This document shows positions 1 through 14,949 of a DNA stretch of 64,000 nucleotides, in pieces (the first letter of the stretch is position 1; every line of letters starts with the position of its first letter). This DNA is from Octopus vulgaris (taxonomy: Eukaryota): contig OX597817.1 of NCBI GenBank assembly GCA_951406725.2, positions 31,558,001-31,622,000 of the forward strand. The letters are read 5' to 3'. The notes under the pieces were generated by a model that worked only from the letters and a program-made list of their open reading frames with translations, did no database searches and was not told where the DNA came from. A program made the position numbers and the translations under genes.

Positions 1-74
1 TCAGCCCGAGGCTATGGTAGAAGACCCAGATTCATGTGGTTGGTAAGCAAGCTACTTACCACACAGCCACTCCT

Positions 75-75
<1 letters not shown>
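1..75 (-). mobile_element. SINE family A 5' fragment (internally deleted)
   Basis: Reverse complement of the tRNA-like head (caggagtggctgtgtggtaagtagcttgcttaccaaccacatg) seen in full copies at 3515, 25898 and 50898. Confidence 0.8.
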
Positions 76-132
<57 letters not shown>

Positions 133-589
133 ATTATGATATTATATGTATATAATGTATATATAATATAAAATATAATATTACATATATATATTATATG
201 TACATAATATATATAAAATATATATATATTACATATATATATCATATATATAATTATATATATATATTATATAATATATATCATATATACAAGATATATC
301 ACATACAAAATATATATATATAATATGTATAATACATATATATAATATTCTATTTATATGTATATATTATATATGATATATATATATATAATATATAGAA
401 TTACATAATATATGTATATAATAATATACATATAAAATATATGTATATTATATAATATATATTATATGTATATAATACATATATATATATATATATATAA
501 TATATATATAAATATATATATGATATATAATAAATACATATATGTATAATATTATATATGTATATATATCCTGTATATGTATATATATC

Positions 590-645
<56 letters not shown>

Positions 646-855
646 ATATTCACACTCTCGGAGTGGTTGGCATTAGGAAGTGCATCCAGCTGTAGAATCT
701 CAGCCAGATCAGATTGGAGTCTTGTGCAGCCATTTCGTTCACTAGTCCTCAGTCAAATCGTCGAACCCATGCCTGCATAGAATGCGGACGATAAACCATG
801 ATGATATTGATGATTATATAAAATATTATTTATCAAATATATGCAACATAATATG

Positions 856-918
<63 letters not shown>

Positions 919-926
919 CATATAAT

Positions 927-957
<31 letters not shown>

Positions 958-988
958 TAATACATATATAATATATATACATAATATA

Positions 989-1019
<31 letters not shown>

Positions 1020-1575
1020 TAATATATATACATAATATATATAACATTATATATACACAATATATAAATATATTATAATATAATGTAATATATGTCTCTA
1101 TAATATATATAGATATATATAAGTTTATATAATTTATATCTATATAATGTCTATATAATTTTTTATAATATATATCTATATAATATCTATATAATTTTAT
1201 ATAATTTATATCTATACAATGTCTATATAATTTTTTATAATATATATCTATATAATATCTATATAATTTTATATAATATATATCTATATAATATTATATA
1301 TAATATATATACATATATATAATATTTATATAATATATATAATACTATATAATATATATATATATATACATATATAATTTTATGTATATAATTTCATATA
1401 TATAATTTTATGTATATAATTTCATATATATAATATTATATGTAATATATATATTATACATAATTTTATATAATATATATAACATTTTATATAAACTAAT
1501 ATTAATATACTTATATAATCAATATCTATAAATATCATATATTTACATATATAATGTATATATATATATATAGAT
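76..1575. repeat. (TA)n microsatellite and AT-rich low-complexity tract, interrupted by a SINE piece at 651-812
   Basis: Direct reading; source of the spurious YIYI ORFs. Confidence 0.95.
651..812 (+). mobile_element. SINE family E 3' part (ggttggcgttaggaagggcatcc motif, (GAT)n tail)
   Basis: Homologous to minus-strand copies at 6857-7039 and 11295-11447; the tail resembles RTE-type 3' ends. Confidence 0.7.
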
Positions 1576-2477
1576 ACACATCTATAGGCGCGCATAATTC
1601 TTCGGAATGAGTTTCGCGCAGAATTTATTCTAGATTTAATCGTTTTAAGTTTTTAATCGTTCTAAGTTCAAAAGTCACCGTGGTCTCCCTAAGTTTAAGG
1701 TTACCAAACAGTCTTGTATTCTTTCATGGAAACCACTGCTTCAAGCACTCGAGCTAGGTTCTGCGTTGAAGGACGCATCCCTTCCTCTCACTTACAACGT
1801 CTAAGTTACGGTCCTTCCATCTGACAAAAGAATATAAATAGTTGATTATATTTGATGAGAAATCATATATGTGTATATGAAAATATAAATAAATATATGT
1901 ATATGCAGATGCATCTCTTGATATAAATAAATGCATGCAAATATAAATATATAGTTAATGTGTATCTTAATATTTATATTAATATCTTAATATTTATATT
2001 TCTATTCATTATGGATATTTATACATAATAATGCATGTATATACATAAATATATATTTTATATATACGGGCAATTAGACATACAAGTAAATATAAAATGT
2101 ATGGTATATATAATGTATAATTATATATATACATATATACGACTATGTATGTATAAATATATATGTATGGCTATGTATAAATGATTTGCTTATATACACA
2201 CATATATAAAGATATTGCTATAGGCATATATTTAAATGCTGAGATACATTTACACACACGTATGTCTACATATATAAATCAATATGTCCGTGTATGTATA
2301 TATATGTATATATATATCGATATATGCATACCCTGACATGTAAATGTATCCCAGAGATGTATGAAATATGAATTCACAAAGTATATTGAAATTAATACTA
2401 ATTGAAGAAGGTTGCGAAACAGCTGTAATCATACGTCATGTGGCAAAGTAAATCTGTTTACCTCTCACACCTCCTGA

Positions 2478-2586
<109 letters not shown>

Positions 2587-3514
2587 CGTATGTGTACCTA
2601 AGTTTGATGGGTGTTTTTCAGAATCATTAGAGCGCCGGAGAAATTGCCTGATATCATTTGTACCGGCCCCTCCTCGCTCTGTGTTCAAACTCACCTTCCT
2701 TCCTTGGTCGATAAATAAATTATTGGCGACGTGATCAGGAGGAAATATAACTGACTAACATCCTCTCCTTCATTATGCAAACCATATGGGTGGTACTGAA
2801 CTTTCCAGTTCGAATAACATCTTTTTACTTTGCAAATGCTTTTCGTTTTCCATTTCTGTGAATATAAGTATGTATATAGGTACATGTGTATAGAAGCATG
2901 TCTCCGTGTGTATAAACGACAGAGTGGTGGCCCATCCCGACTTCACTTCCTCATATCTTTATATGAAAAATGTAAAATTTATAGATTGCATTTACTAGCA
3001 ATACATTTTCAAGGATATAAATTACAACTATGTTGATAAAATTTCGAGATTTTTTTCTTTCCTTTTTTCTTTTTTTGTTTTTTTTTGTTTTGAGGAATTG
3101 CGAATCTGTCTTACGTGTATTGTCACCATTAATATCTTTAATTATTATTGGTTATGTTTTCAGATTCGCAAGTCTGAAGCATCAATATTACATAATCGAT
3201 ATTATCAAAAGTGTATACCTGCTAAAAGGAAACAGGTGAATGATGTTTTTGTTGACGGAAGAAGATCAATCCCAAACACGTTCGAAAAATATTTTGTGTT
3301 AATGTCAGCAACAAAATCGTAATTAATATTCTCGAACATGTTTCTGTGCAAAATTTCATTAAAAAATATGCATTCTTAAAGCGAGTTATTAGAAAAGAAA
3401 TTCGGGAGTTTGTGGGATGGGGAACAGCGATCCAAATCTTTTTGAAAAGAATTTTTTAATGTAAATTATCATACTTGTAATCTATACTCTCGAAAATATA
3501 TCTCTGCAAAATTT

Positions 3515-3920
3515 GTGGCTGTGTGGTAAGTATCTTGCTAACCAACCACATGGTTCCGGGTTCAGTCCCACTGCGTGGCATCTTGGGCAAGTGTCTTCTA
3601 CTATAGCCCCGGGCCGACCAATGCCTTGTGAGTGGATTTGGTAGACGGAAACTGAAAGAAGCCCGTCGTATACATATACATATATATATATATATGTGTG
3701 TGTTTGTGTGTCTGTGTTTGTCCCCCTAGCATTGCTTGACAACCGATGCTGGTGTGTTTACGTCCCCGTAACTTAGCGGTTCGGCAAAACAGACCGATAG
3801 AATAAGTACTGGGCCTACAAAGAATAAGTGCCGGGGTCGATTTGCTCGACTAAAGGCGGTGCTCCAGCATGACCGCAGTCAAATGACTGAAACAAGTAAA
3901 AGAGTAAAGAGTAAAGAGAG
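3515..3920 (+). mobile_element. tRNA-derived SINE family A, near full length, with internal (TA)n(TG)n
   Basis: A box tggctgtgtgg, B box ggttcagtccc, CORE-like cttgggcaagt, 3' tail ggcggtgctccagcat...cagtcaaatgactgaaac and (agtaaag)n end; many copies in the window. Confidence 0.9.
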
Positions 3921-4009
3921 TCTTTCGGAAAGTTACGCAAGTAGGAAATATGCAAATGGCGGGACACTAGCCTGTTGTTATGCCTAATGTGCATGCGCGT
4001 GCGCGCGTG

Positions 4010-4200
4010 TGTGCTTGTCCCCCCACCATCGCTTGATTACCAATGTTGGTTTGTTTACGTCCCTGTGACTTAGCGATTGAGCATATGAGACTGATAGAAT
4101 CAGTATGAGGCTTAAATAAATTGGTACTGGTGTCTATTCGTTTAACTAAAAACCCTTCTTCAAGGCGGTGCCCCAGCAAGGGCCGCAGTAATAAATAAAT
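4010..4200 (+). mobile_element. SINE family A 3' half, diverged
   Basis: Aligns by eye to 3715-3900. Confidence 0.75.
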
Positions 4201-4324
4201 GATACACAGAAACGCGCGCTTACACAGTCGTCAAGAAATGTGCGTAATGTGTTACGTAAAATAGAATAACTATAATAACCTGGGAATCGAAACCGAATTA
4301 TTTTGTCAGTTGTTTTATTATTAA

Positions 4325-5790
4325 TTAGCCCTAGGCTGGCTCTCAGTGACCAGGCATATGAAAAGCGTTCCAGCCGTGACTTTCCCGTGTATTTTTGTGA
4401 TCATTTTAAGTAATAACATTACATAATATATTTTAGTATTACATAATGCAATGCATCTCCATCATTTTCAAGGCGAAATAGTATTGAAGGAGGTTTGGCA
4501 GCTATTTCTAGCAGGCCTAACAACCACGTAGACTCTTCTTTGTAAGCACGTTTTATGGTTGATGTTAGTGATTTTTTTTTACTTCTACTCCTAATTACAG
4601 ATGAATATAATGATTAAAGAATTTCCTCTAGTAGTCACAGAAAATTTGTTCGCAGGGCCGTAAAAGCGTTATCTACATTCAGCGCTTTCTAGAACTATAT
4701 TATCTAGCGTATCCTTTCCGTACTTTGACAGTTATTAAAGCTATTTGGTTGCTACTTATAGCCGGTCGAACGAACATTCACACCCACTTTACTCGAATAT
4801 ATCCAGATATATATACTATAATAGCTAGATACCATCGCAGTGTTTAGCCGGCTAATAAAGTCTAATTTATACTGTAATTAAACGACGAACATTGTGAGTA
4901 GAAGTATGACACGATACGAATGGAGTTTGTCCCACGGTTTCTAATCCCGTGTGCATCAATTTCATTTCATTACACTCCTTTCTCTGAGTGACACACAACT
5001 TCGTCTTATACCATTAAGTGAAAAATAAAATAATATATGCTCTTTGATGATGTTGTTTAGCCCCTGGTTCACTCTGAGTCGATCCATGAGCAAAATCCTT
5101 ACGCCCCATCTTATTCACATCTTATGGCAGCTTACTTTCAGGCATAAAGCATCTAGGACTACACTACGTCTCGTATATCTGTTACTTTTCTAAGATTATC
5201 AGGGTGTAATCTGAGAGTAATTTGACTGCCATTTCTAACATGTTTCAGTGATCACACAGACTCCCTCGTTAGTCTAGCTCGGTCATTTGGCTGTCATTTC
5301 TAACGGCTAAGCGATTACATAGAAACTCCTTCGTTAGTTTGGGCCCTTCATGTAAAATCCGTGTTGTGGTGCAGACAATGCATAATATTATAATGTATTA
5401 AGTGTTCAGTTCAATTCCATTGAAGGCTTTTTCTTATGTAACTGAAGCAGTGCAAATAGTTTAAACAATCAACAATACGTAACAGATATGGAAATCTTAC
5501 AGACTTTCAAATTATATTGTTGTTGTTTATTTAACCCTAGGTTAGCCTTAACTGATAAGACCTATGATCAAAATTGTTTCAATCAGATCTACCCCACTTT
5601 TTTTTAAACTTTTAAGTAACGTATTTAACAATTTATCCATAGTAATTTTGTTTTGAGTTTTACTATGTCCCAGATATATTGTGTAACAAAGATTCCATTA
5701 TTTCAAATGTATCGCTTTTTTAAAACAGTGTTGATTTAAGAGAGATTTAGCTGCTTTCTCTAACATGTCGAACAAGAGTGTCTCTTGTTG
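4325..5790 (+). repeat. Cluster of old, diverged interspersed repeat copies (tagccc(t/c)gg...gacctatgatc...ttggctgctatttctagca)
   Basis: The same motifs recur at about 4325-4545, 5050-5340 and 5520-5790, and also near 7780-8370, 22620-22680 (minus) and 45200-45390. Confidence 0.55.
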
Positions 5791-6280
5791 GGACATCCCT
5801 TATAAGATGGGAAAAAAAATTGTCTGAATTCCATTAAATATCTCGCAACCGGTTGTTTGTATATATTGTTTCTCTCGACTTCCGTAAAGCATTTAGTATT
5901 CATTTTATAGCAAAATAAATACCGGTCGATATACGAAAAGAAAACAAAATGTTAATCACAACCTAGCTCATAAATGGCTTTTCATTCTTATATGTTTTTT
6001 TTACAAAATATAACAAAGTAAGCAAAATAGTATAACAACCACCTCCATTCGTTATCGGACCTATTATTTTGAGAAACGAATTTCTGTTACTTTTATGAAA
6101 TAAAATTTTTTAAAAACTAAAAAACTTTGGTGGCCACGAGACAACGATAAAACACTAAAAGGCAGACACTAGATCTGCTAGAAATAGCAGAGAAATCTTT
6201 TTAGCTATGGCTGGTATTTTGGAAGGAATAGGACATGTTGAGTAAAGAGAATTCAAGCATCGCAATACTCAAAAAGAGAC

Positions 6281-6366
6281 GGACTGTGGACGGAGGTGTC
6301 TGTCACGGACTGTGATCGGAGGTGTCTGTCACGGACTGTGGACGGAGGTGTCTGTCACGGACTGTG
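6281..6366. repeat. 26-bp minisatellite, 3.3 copies (ggactgtggacggaggtgtctgtcac)
   Basis: Direct reading. Confidence 0.9.
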
Positions 6367-6618
6367 TTCCTGGAGCTCATCGATAACCACTGTGCCTTCA
6401 TTGACCTTGCATCCTAGTTGTTTTGTCTAAATCATTGGTCACAGACAGGAATTTTAGCTTTTCAATTAAAATTTAATCGATTAAATTTTAAGGAATTGTG
6501 ATTACTTTCTATCCTACTTACAAAAAAAAAAAAAAGCCTTAACGCTTTTGAAATTATGAAGATGAATCGAATATCGTGTGTGTGTATGAAAGATAGATAG
6601 ATAATGTGTATATATATA

Positions 6619-6679
<61 letters not shown>

Positions 6680-6783
6680 GTATATATATATAAATATATA
6701 TATAAATGATCATCATCATCATCATACATGTATATATATAAATGTATATATACTTGTGTATATATATATAAATGTATATACAC

Positions 6784-6836
<53 letters not shown>

Positions 6837-6856
6837 AATATATAAATACATATGTA

Positions 6857-7037
6857 TCATCATCATCACCATCGTTTAACATCCGTTTTCCACGCTGGCT
6901 TGGGTTGAACGGTTCCACAGGGGTCTGAGAAGACGGGAGGCTGCACCAGGCCCCAATCTGATCTGGTAGTGTTCCTACAATTGGGTGCCCTTCCTAACGC
7001 CAACTACTCCGAGAGTGTAGTGGGTGCTTTTTACGTG

Positions 7038-7039
<2 letters not shown>
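6857..7039 (-). mobile_element. SINE family E 3' part
   Basis: catcatcat...gtttaac...ggatgcccttcctaacgccaac pattern; reverse complement of 651-812. Confidence 0.75.
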
Positions 7040-7082
<43 letters not shown>

Positions 7083-7125
7083 CACACACACACACAACAT
7101 ATATATATATATATATATAACATAC

Positions 7126-7158
<33 letters not shown>

Positions 7159-7297
7159 CTTACATATATATATACATACATATATATATATATACTTACA
7201 TATATATATATATATATATACATATATATAAATACACATACATATATACATATATGTATAAATACACATACATATATACGTATATGTATATGCACAT

Positions 7298-7365
<68 letters not shown>

Positions 7366-7386
7366 ACATATAGATTCGCATACATT

Positions 7387-7431
<45 letters not shown>

Positions 7432-7515
7432 CTGGGGTTCATTTGTTCGACTAAAGGCGGTACTCTAGCATGGCCGCAGTGAAATGACTGAAACAGATAC
7501 TAGAATAAAAGAATG

Positions 7516-7551
<36 letters not shown>

Positions 7552-7904
7552 ATTTGCGTGTATATGCATGTTTGTATTCATACATTTGTGTGTATGCGTA
7601 CTTAGATATTTGTATATACATATTTATACACGTATACAGACGCACATACACACATGCATATATGTATATATATATATTATGAAAAATGCTATGTTTTATT
7701 GACTACATATAGGAATGTGTGTGTGTGTGTGTGTTTGTGTGTGGATATGATCGATCTACGCAGCAGTAAAATTTTGACGTGGTTCTTGTTTATTCCTGAG
7801 TCAATTCTAATCGAAGAATATCAATGATCAATAACTTTCCAAATGACGGCTGCCCAGTCTTTTATGGGAATATTGGACTGCATAATCTAGTGTTATATAT
7901 TATA

Positions 7905-8302
7905 CTAGCAGTATCGCCCGGCGTTGCTCGGGTTTGTAAGGGAAATAACTATATAACCATTTTTAGAGAGTTATAGCCAAAAAGTAGCAAACAAATGCAT
8001 TAAAAATGGAAAAAAAAATGATGGTAATTTTTTTTAAAAATCGTTGACTCATCGTAGACATTTTTAGAGAGTTACTTCCCTTATATAATAGCGAAAAAAA
8101 TGCATTAAAATGGAAAAAAATTATGGTAAATTTTTTTAAATCGTAGACTCATCGTAGACGCGCGCTAATACCCAGAAGGGCTCGATATGAATCACGACTA
8201 TAAGATACCCGATTTTGGTTAAACTGCACCGCAAAATGTGGGAGTAGTTAGGAATCTAAATCGTAGGAGACAGACACACAACTTGACTTTTATATATAAA
8301 GA
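7905..8302 (-). mobile_element. Non-autonomous Helitron
   Basis: Minus strand reads A|TCTTTATATATAAAAG ... cccgagcaacgccggg hairpin (7917-7932) ... CTAG|T: 5' TC, 3' CTAG, subterminal hairpin, A-T insertion site, no TSD. Internal ~100-bp tandem duplication. Confidence 0.8.
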
Positions 8303-8927
8303 TAACACTGTAGTACGAGATAAGAGTTATTTAGCATCTATTTCTAACATCAATAATAGGCACCTAGAGGCGCAGGAATCTTTCTTTATTCATTTAGGAG
8401 ATCGAACTCTTATAATAGAAGTGAAAGAAAAATAAATATTGATAAAAGTACCAATTATGATTCGGAGGAAATATCAGGATGTATGACCAAAAAGCTATTT
8501 TCTAGAAGGATTTACCTAATTTAACTAATATCGTACAGGAAGCTCGAGAAATGAATGAGGCTTACATCAAAATCACTGTATTTTGTTACTATACGGAATT
8601 GGCAATTTACTTAAAATAGTTGTCATTTGTGTGTGTTCGTGTGTGTGTTGGCAAAGTTAACCGTTTAGTATGTAATGTATCACATTTTTTTAGTGTTATT
8701 CATGAACACACCAATATATAAGTAGGTATTGAGTATTTATTACTTTTTCACATACAATGCATATTACATAACAGTGTTATATAATATTTCACCACCACCC
8801 AACCCCATTATATATATATATATATATATGCATATATACATATATGTATATGTATATATACATATATATATATATGCATAAATACATATATATTTATATA
8901 TATATATATGCATATATGTATATATAT

Positions 8928-8966
<39 letters not shown>

Positions 8967-9071
8967 GACATGTATATATATATATATATATATGTGTGTA
9001 TATACATATATATGTATATATATATATATATATATATACACATAGACATGTATATATATATATGCATATAC

Positions 9072-9121
<50 letters not shown>

Positions 9122-9334
9122 TATATATGTACGTACGTGTAATATATACACGTGTGCGTGCGCGCGCACAGATTCCTTCATATTTGAAGGATACCTTTAT
9201 GAAACTGAATATTATCTAGAACTAGTTTGTATTGAAACCTCCTTTAGTTTATAATTCTATGGAATTTAACTTAGAGATTTTGCTAATTATTCACAGTTTA
9301 GACGAGTTCGCACTTTAGACGAGATTCGCAGTTT

Positions 9335-9536
9335 AGACGAATCGTAAGACCGTTGGGCAAAATACTCAGTAGTGGTATTTCTTTCGATTGTGTTCTGAGT
9401 TCAAATTACTTCCGAAGTTCATGAAACAAGTACCAGTTACGCACTGGGGTCAATGTAATCGACTAGCCCTCTCCCCCCCAAGACCTCAGGCTTGTGCTTG
9501 TAGTAGAAAGGTTGATTATTATTATTGTTATTATTA

Positions 9537-9577
<41 letters not shown>
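9335..9577 (+). mobile_element. SINE family B variant with (TTA)n tail, diverged
   Basis: gttctgagttcaaatt, aagtaccagttacgcactggggtc and a tail like 23846-24082. Confidence 0.7.
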
Positions 9578-9579
<2 letters not shown>

Positions 9580-9668
9580 ATAAACCTGTCTATCCATATT
9601 GTAAGTATACTGATATATAGATATATATATCTTTTTAATGTTTGTTTGTGTTTCGCGCGCATATATAT

Positions 9669-9718
<50 letters not shown>

Positions 9719-10369
9719 GTTCAAAAGGCGCATACACACACATACACACACGAGCCGCACGGATTTACCTTACGTTCCGTGAACTAAATCTACTCTCGCT
9801 CGGCCTGAGACTATAGCAAAAAATACTTACCCAAGTTGCCAGACAGTGGGTCCGAACCCGAAGCCACGTGGCTACAAAGCGATCCACGTGCTTGAGAAGT
9901 GAAATTCTGAAGCACAAGCCACGTAACTTCGTATGTATGTATGTACACACGCCTACATGAATGCGTATACATAAACGCGTGCGTGTGTACACGGATATAT
10001 GAGAAACAACTTTTAGATCTTTATTGAGAACACAACTATGTTTTTGTATTAAAACTTATCTTCACATTTGTATGAGTCTCTTACAGATCGCTTGTAACAA
10101 TATTCCTACGTCCATCAAGATTTCCTGATTTTCGCAGTCTTCCCTTCCGGGTGGAGGTGTAACCGCTCCATTTACGGAAGGTGTCCTGCGCAGAATTCAT
10201 CGTCGGCATTTGAAATTTGATCGCTAGATTTCTGCTCATTCGTGCCATTATTATTTTTTTTTAAATTTTGTTTGTGACATAAGTTTGTTGACTCTGTTTG
10301 GTAAAAAAAGAAATGTGTCAAGTAGAATACAGGCGTTTCCAATGCAGAAAAGTACATATATGGACGTGT

Positions 10370-10442
<73 letters not shown>
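10370..10442. repeat. (TAG)n microsatellite
   Basis: Direct reading. Confidence 0.95.
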
Positions 10443-11294
10443 ATCATAGGCCTAAACTGCAGTAAAAAAATACTCAAAGCATTTAATGACATATGCAAGA
10501 TATCTCGTTTTGGAGATTGCAAAGGTGCTTCAAATGACGACTACCTTCATTTGGGGTTCCTTTCCTGATTATATTTCTTAAAGTGAAATTGCAATGCAGC
10601 TTGTTTGGCAACCGGAGAATCGCGACATCTATCGTGGGCCCGATCCCACGATCTAGAAAATTGTGGAAATAGAGATAACCCATCGTTAAAGACACGTGTA
10701 ATACCCCGATTGCCGCAAAGAATTTGAAAATTCTGTGATTCCAAACGGCAATGGATAATTAAAGAAAAGATTAACAGTAATACTGTAAACACCACTGTAA
10801 ATATGATTGACTGCAGCTATAATCGCTACTTAAGTCAGTCACAAACAATTACTCAGTTGGAATTTCTCATTTAATTTGCATATTGTGTCCTTGCTATGGG
10901 GAAATAAACATTTTTTATGCATAAACAGCATGGATTAGTATATCGAAAATAAACTGTATGTGGTTAGACTACAGTTTGTAACGTTTCACCCCTTATAACA
11001 GTCAAAAATATACTGTCAGTATTGCTCGCCTAACTAGTAGTATATACATTTCAATGTTGGTTTCCATGCAATGAAATACAATATTTAACCGATAACTGAC
11101 TTCGAAGGTAAATACCAGTTTGGTGTCTGGCGCCCGATAACTCACCTTCTGGGCAGGTGAGCTATTCTTAGTTTTGGCTGACAAATTAGGAGATAGAAAA
11201 CTATGAAATTAGCACGAACTTGACAGTGCGTATGTATGCTTATGTACACACACACATACATGCGCGCATACACACACACACACACACACACACA

Positions 11295-11445
11295 CATCAT
11301 AGTTTAACGTCTACCTTGAATGCTGGCATAGGTTGGACGGATTGACGAGCTGGCTAAGCAAAAGACTGCACCAGACTTCTGTGTCTGTTTTGACGGTTTT
11401 TACGGCTAGATGACCTTCCTAACAACAACCATCCAGCAGAGTGGA

Positions 11446-11447
<2 letters not shown>
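11295..11447 (-). mobile_element. SINE family E 3' part, diverged
   Basis: Similar to 6857-7039. Confidence 0.6.
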
Positions 11448-11482
<35 letters not shown>

Positions 11483-11565
11483 ACATTTTTGTCTTATGAC
11501 TAATTCGTCTTTTGTGCTGGGCACCTGGTAGTAAATAATATTACTACCCTTCTTGTTCATATTCG

Positions 11566-11602
<37 letters not shown>

Positions 11603-14600
11603 ACATACACAAGGAAGGAATTCTGTATATAGAACAACCATGTAGTGCTCAGAATATGAGCTATATAAATAATATAGGCATCGATAGAAGACACAAACTT
11701 CAGGTGATCGATAAACAGTTTTCCTTCATAACATCGGAGTACTTAAGGCAAATCTCATAAAACCGTAAAAATCATAAATGCATGTACAAAATTATATAAA
11801 AATACACAAATGCATAAAATATACATATAAACACACATGAATATATAACGAAAATATAAAATGGTATGCGAGTGTACATAGGGGAAATTGTGATAAACAT
11901 ACGTTTATGTCATTTGTTCCATGCATAAGTTTTGCCACTGTGGTTGTTTGGAACTTCTGCATCGGAATTTCCCAATTGCATTTGGATGCTTAACTAAAAC
12001 GGATCATCCGGGGAACACTCGGCTGCATTATTTTATTGAGAGATAATTTTTGAATATGTACGAGTAGTTGTGCGACCAGTTTTCTGTATATGTATGAGTC
12101 TACGTAACACAAATATGCACACATATGCGTAAATATGTGTAATTGTCGGCTCATGTAAATGTGTGCGTATAAGTCTGTAGAATTTTCCCTTGCATAAAGT
12201 AATGCAACCGATACACTATATTAAGAATTTGATTGCTATTTCTAGGAACTCTTTCATTGGCTTGTTGGTTGCATTTTCAGATTGTGCACCGGTTGCATCA
12301 TTTTATGCAAAGAGAAGTTTTACCGATATTATTGACTTAAAGAATTGATTGCAGAGCCCAGTTTGACTTCAGTCCAATGACTGAAAACAATGAAAGAAGA
12401 AATAACATATATATGATGTATGGGTTTATAATTTGACATGAGGCTATTGTCGATTAGATTATAATCAAAAATATTTGATATATAGACTGACAAAATCGCT
12501 ATTGCATTCGTATATTAATGAATATTTAGATATGGTGTCATAAAAAATTAGAAACTTCGAGGATGTGAAAGACTTCATTTTTTTTTCTTTTCTTAGAACA
12601 GTGAATCTCGACGCAGATAAAGCTATAAATAATAACGTGTAAATTTTGAGTTAAAAAAGTCGAAGGGTACTCAAGGGACACGAGCCTACATCTAGTCTAT
12701 ATAGATGACAGGCAGCCCTCGAGATTTTGCATTCGAAGTGTTGTGTATTTTTTTAACAGCTTCATCTGCTTCGAGATTCACCGTTCCAAAAATGTTTCTT
12801 TATTTTTTGGCTTATACACTGAAGAGGGAGAGAAAGGAAATGCAGCGCTAAAACGATTTCCAAAGATCATTAGTAACATACGCTAAGGTGAATGACCTCT
12901 CCTTAACCGAAATATGGAACGCAGCTCAGCAGGTTCTTGTTTGTCTGTTGTTAGCATATTGCTCTGTCGTACTCGAGATATTTTATCCAGAAAATAATTA
13001 GTTTTCTTTTGTAGTGTTACCCAATTAATTAATCAGAAGAAAGTAAATGAAACACTTCGTACATTTTTCTCAATTATCTTTTTGTAAGACATACCATTCA
13101 CTTTCATTTAAAACTAATGTGCGCGCGCAGGCACTTTGGAATTTCTACACGCACAATTTTATATGAAATTGAAAATTGGTGATGACCGGTGGAAGTATGT
13201 AAACAGAGAAATGTCAATTCGATATTACGTGCCATAACTTTCTTTTTGTTTTAGTGTTTCGCCACACTTATACATTTCTCTATGTATATGATTGTGTATG
13301 TGTGTGAGAAAGAGAGACCGGGAGAAAGAGGAATCCTTTACCCTATCTTATGTATATATTTCACTAAATCCACGCTGGTGGTAATGAAAATATTTCTTTT
13401 CAGTCAATGATATAATATTTTTTTTCTCAAGGACATTTGTGATCCAACATAACCCCTCACCACCATACACCATGGCACATCAAACTGCTTCCACCACCAC
13501 CATTCGCACTTTTACCAGTGACAATAATGTATATCTATCAAGAAACCGAAATCTATGTGGGAGCTAGTCAAGCACAAAATGTAGCTCTAATTTCATCAGC
13601 AACAGAAGGAACTCAAGCTGTTCACTTTATACAACTGTTACTACTAACTAGTGTGGTATGTTTTGTTTTTACATCGGCGTGAAATTTTAGATATGCAGTG
13701 GGGGAGGAAAGAACAGGGTGAGCCGTTTATTAGTGATGTAAGTGAAGCGATTCCAAGTTAGAATTGAAACTGGACCTGTAAGACGGAAAATCAATTTGCC
13801 GAACCGAAACTCTCCTGTTTCCAACTATAAAAATAGTTTCGTTTAACTTAGGTAACTAGACCATTTCTAAAAGGTGGGGGTGATAATCAATTGCTTGTTT
13901 TCACAGAATAAATAAACAAATAAATAAATAAATAAACATTGCAAATATTTACTCTGGAGCGTTACCATTTCTGCCAACCCAACAACTCGTCTTTTTTCCA
14001 TAATGGAGATCTGAAACATAAGCGCAACGACACATTTGAAGGGCAAGAGTATATAGCAGGTTATATCGTTTAAATATTTAATCGACTCCAGAAGGATAAA
14101 ATACATAGTTAGACCCATAAGAAATTGAATCCTGAAATACCAAAAGATTTTTTTTTTTCAGCGCTCTATCGAGTTTGCCAATCCAGCAATTTCAGAAAAT
14201 ATTTCTTCTCGATTCGAAGAATATCTGCAACAAGAATGATCATAAATGCCAAAAGTGTTTGTAACTTGGTTGCCGTGAATCTTACTAACACCTACGAACC
14301 GTCTTAGGTTTAAAACTGATTGCGATTCGACTAGAGAAGATTGCTATTTTATAGATGCAATTGGAAGTTGTCATTCCTTGTACTTTCATCATTTACTCAT
14401 AACTAACATTTTACACCCACTTGGAAATAATGATGTAAAAGTATGTTTGATTTATATTATTGTCTTAAATTTTGGGAAACAACAAATGCTGTAAAGGACA
14501 GAATCACAATTGATTGACAAACCCTCATTACTCTATATCTTATAATATAATAAAATAATATGTACCGAGCATTGATAATCCGGAGATAGGTTTGTGTCAG

Positions 14601-14654
14601 CATTTAGCAACTATATATTTTATCTTTTGTCTTCTATCTGTTAGTGATTTAAAC

Positions 14655-14837
14655 CAGTGCTCCGCAACCGGCATGCTGTGGCACACTGATGTACTACGAG
14701 ACGATGCTAGGTGTGCCGCAGTGTAACATGAATATAATTTTCCCCCTATACTTTGTTATATTTTTAGTTCGGTTGTGCCACCGAATTTTGAAAAGAATAT
14801 AAGAGTACCGTAAGTGAAAAAAGGTAACGGAGCACTG
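14655..14837. mobile_element. hAT (Buster/Charlie-type) MITE nested in a minus-strand SINE A remnant
   Basis: TIRs cagtgctccgcaacc / ggtaacggagcactg; exact 8-bp TSD atttaaac (14647-14654, 14838-14845) of nnnTAnnn type. Confidence 0.9.
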
Positions 14838-14949
14838 ATTTAAACTGCAGTCATGCTAGGACATCGCCTTCAAGAATGTTAATCCAACGAACCGACCCCA
14901 GCTAAGTTACGGAGTGTAAACACACCAATACCGGTTGTCAGGGGTGGGA

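Noticed and set aside
10800-10885. Enhancer suggested by TGATTGAC and ATTTGCAT motifs
   Set aside because: Short motifs are expected by chance in AT-rich DNA, and no conservation data are available.
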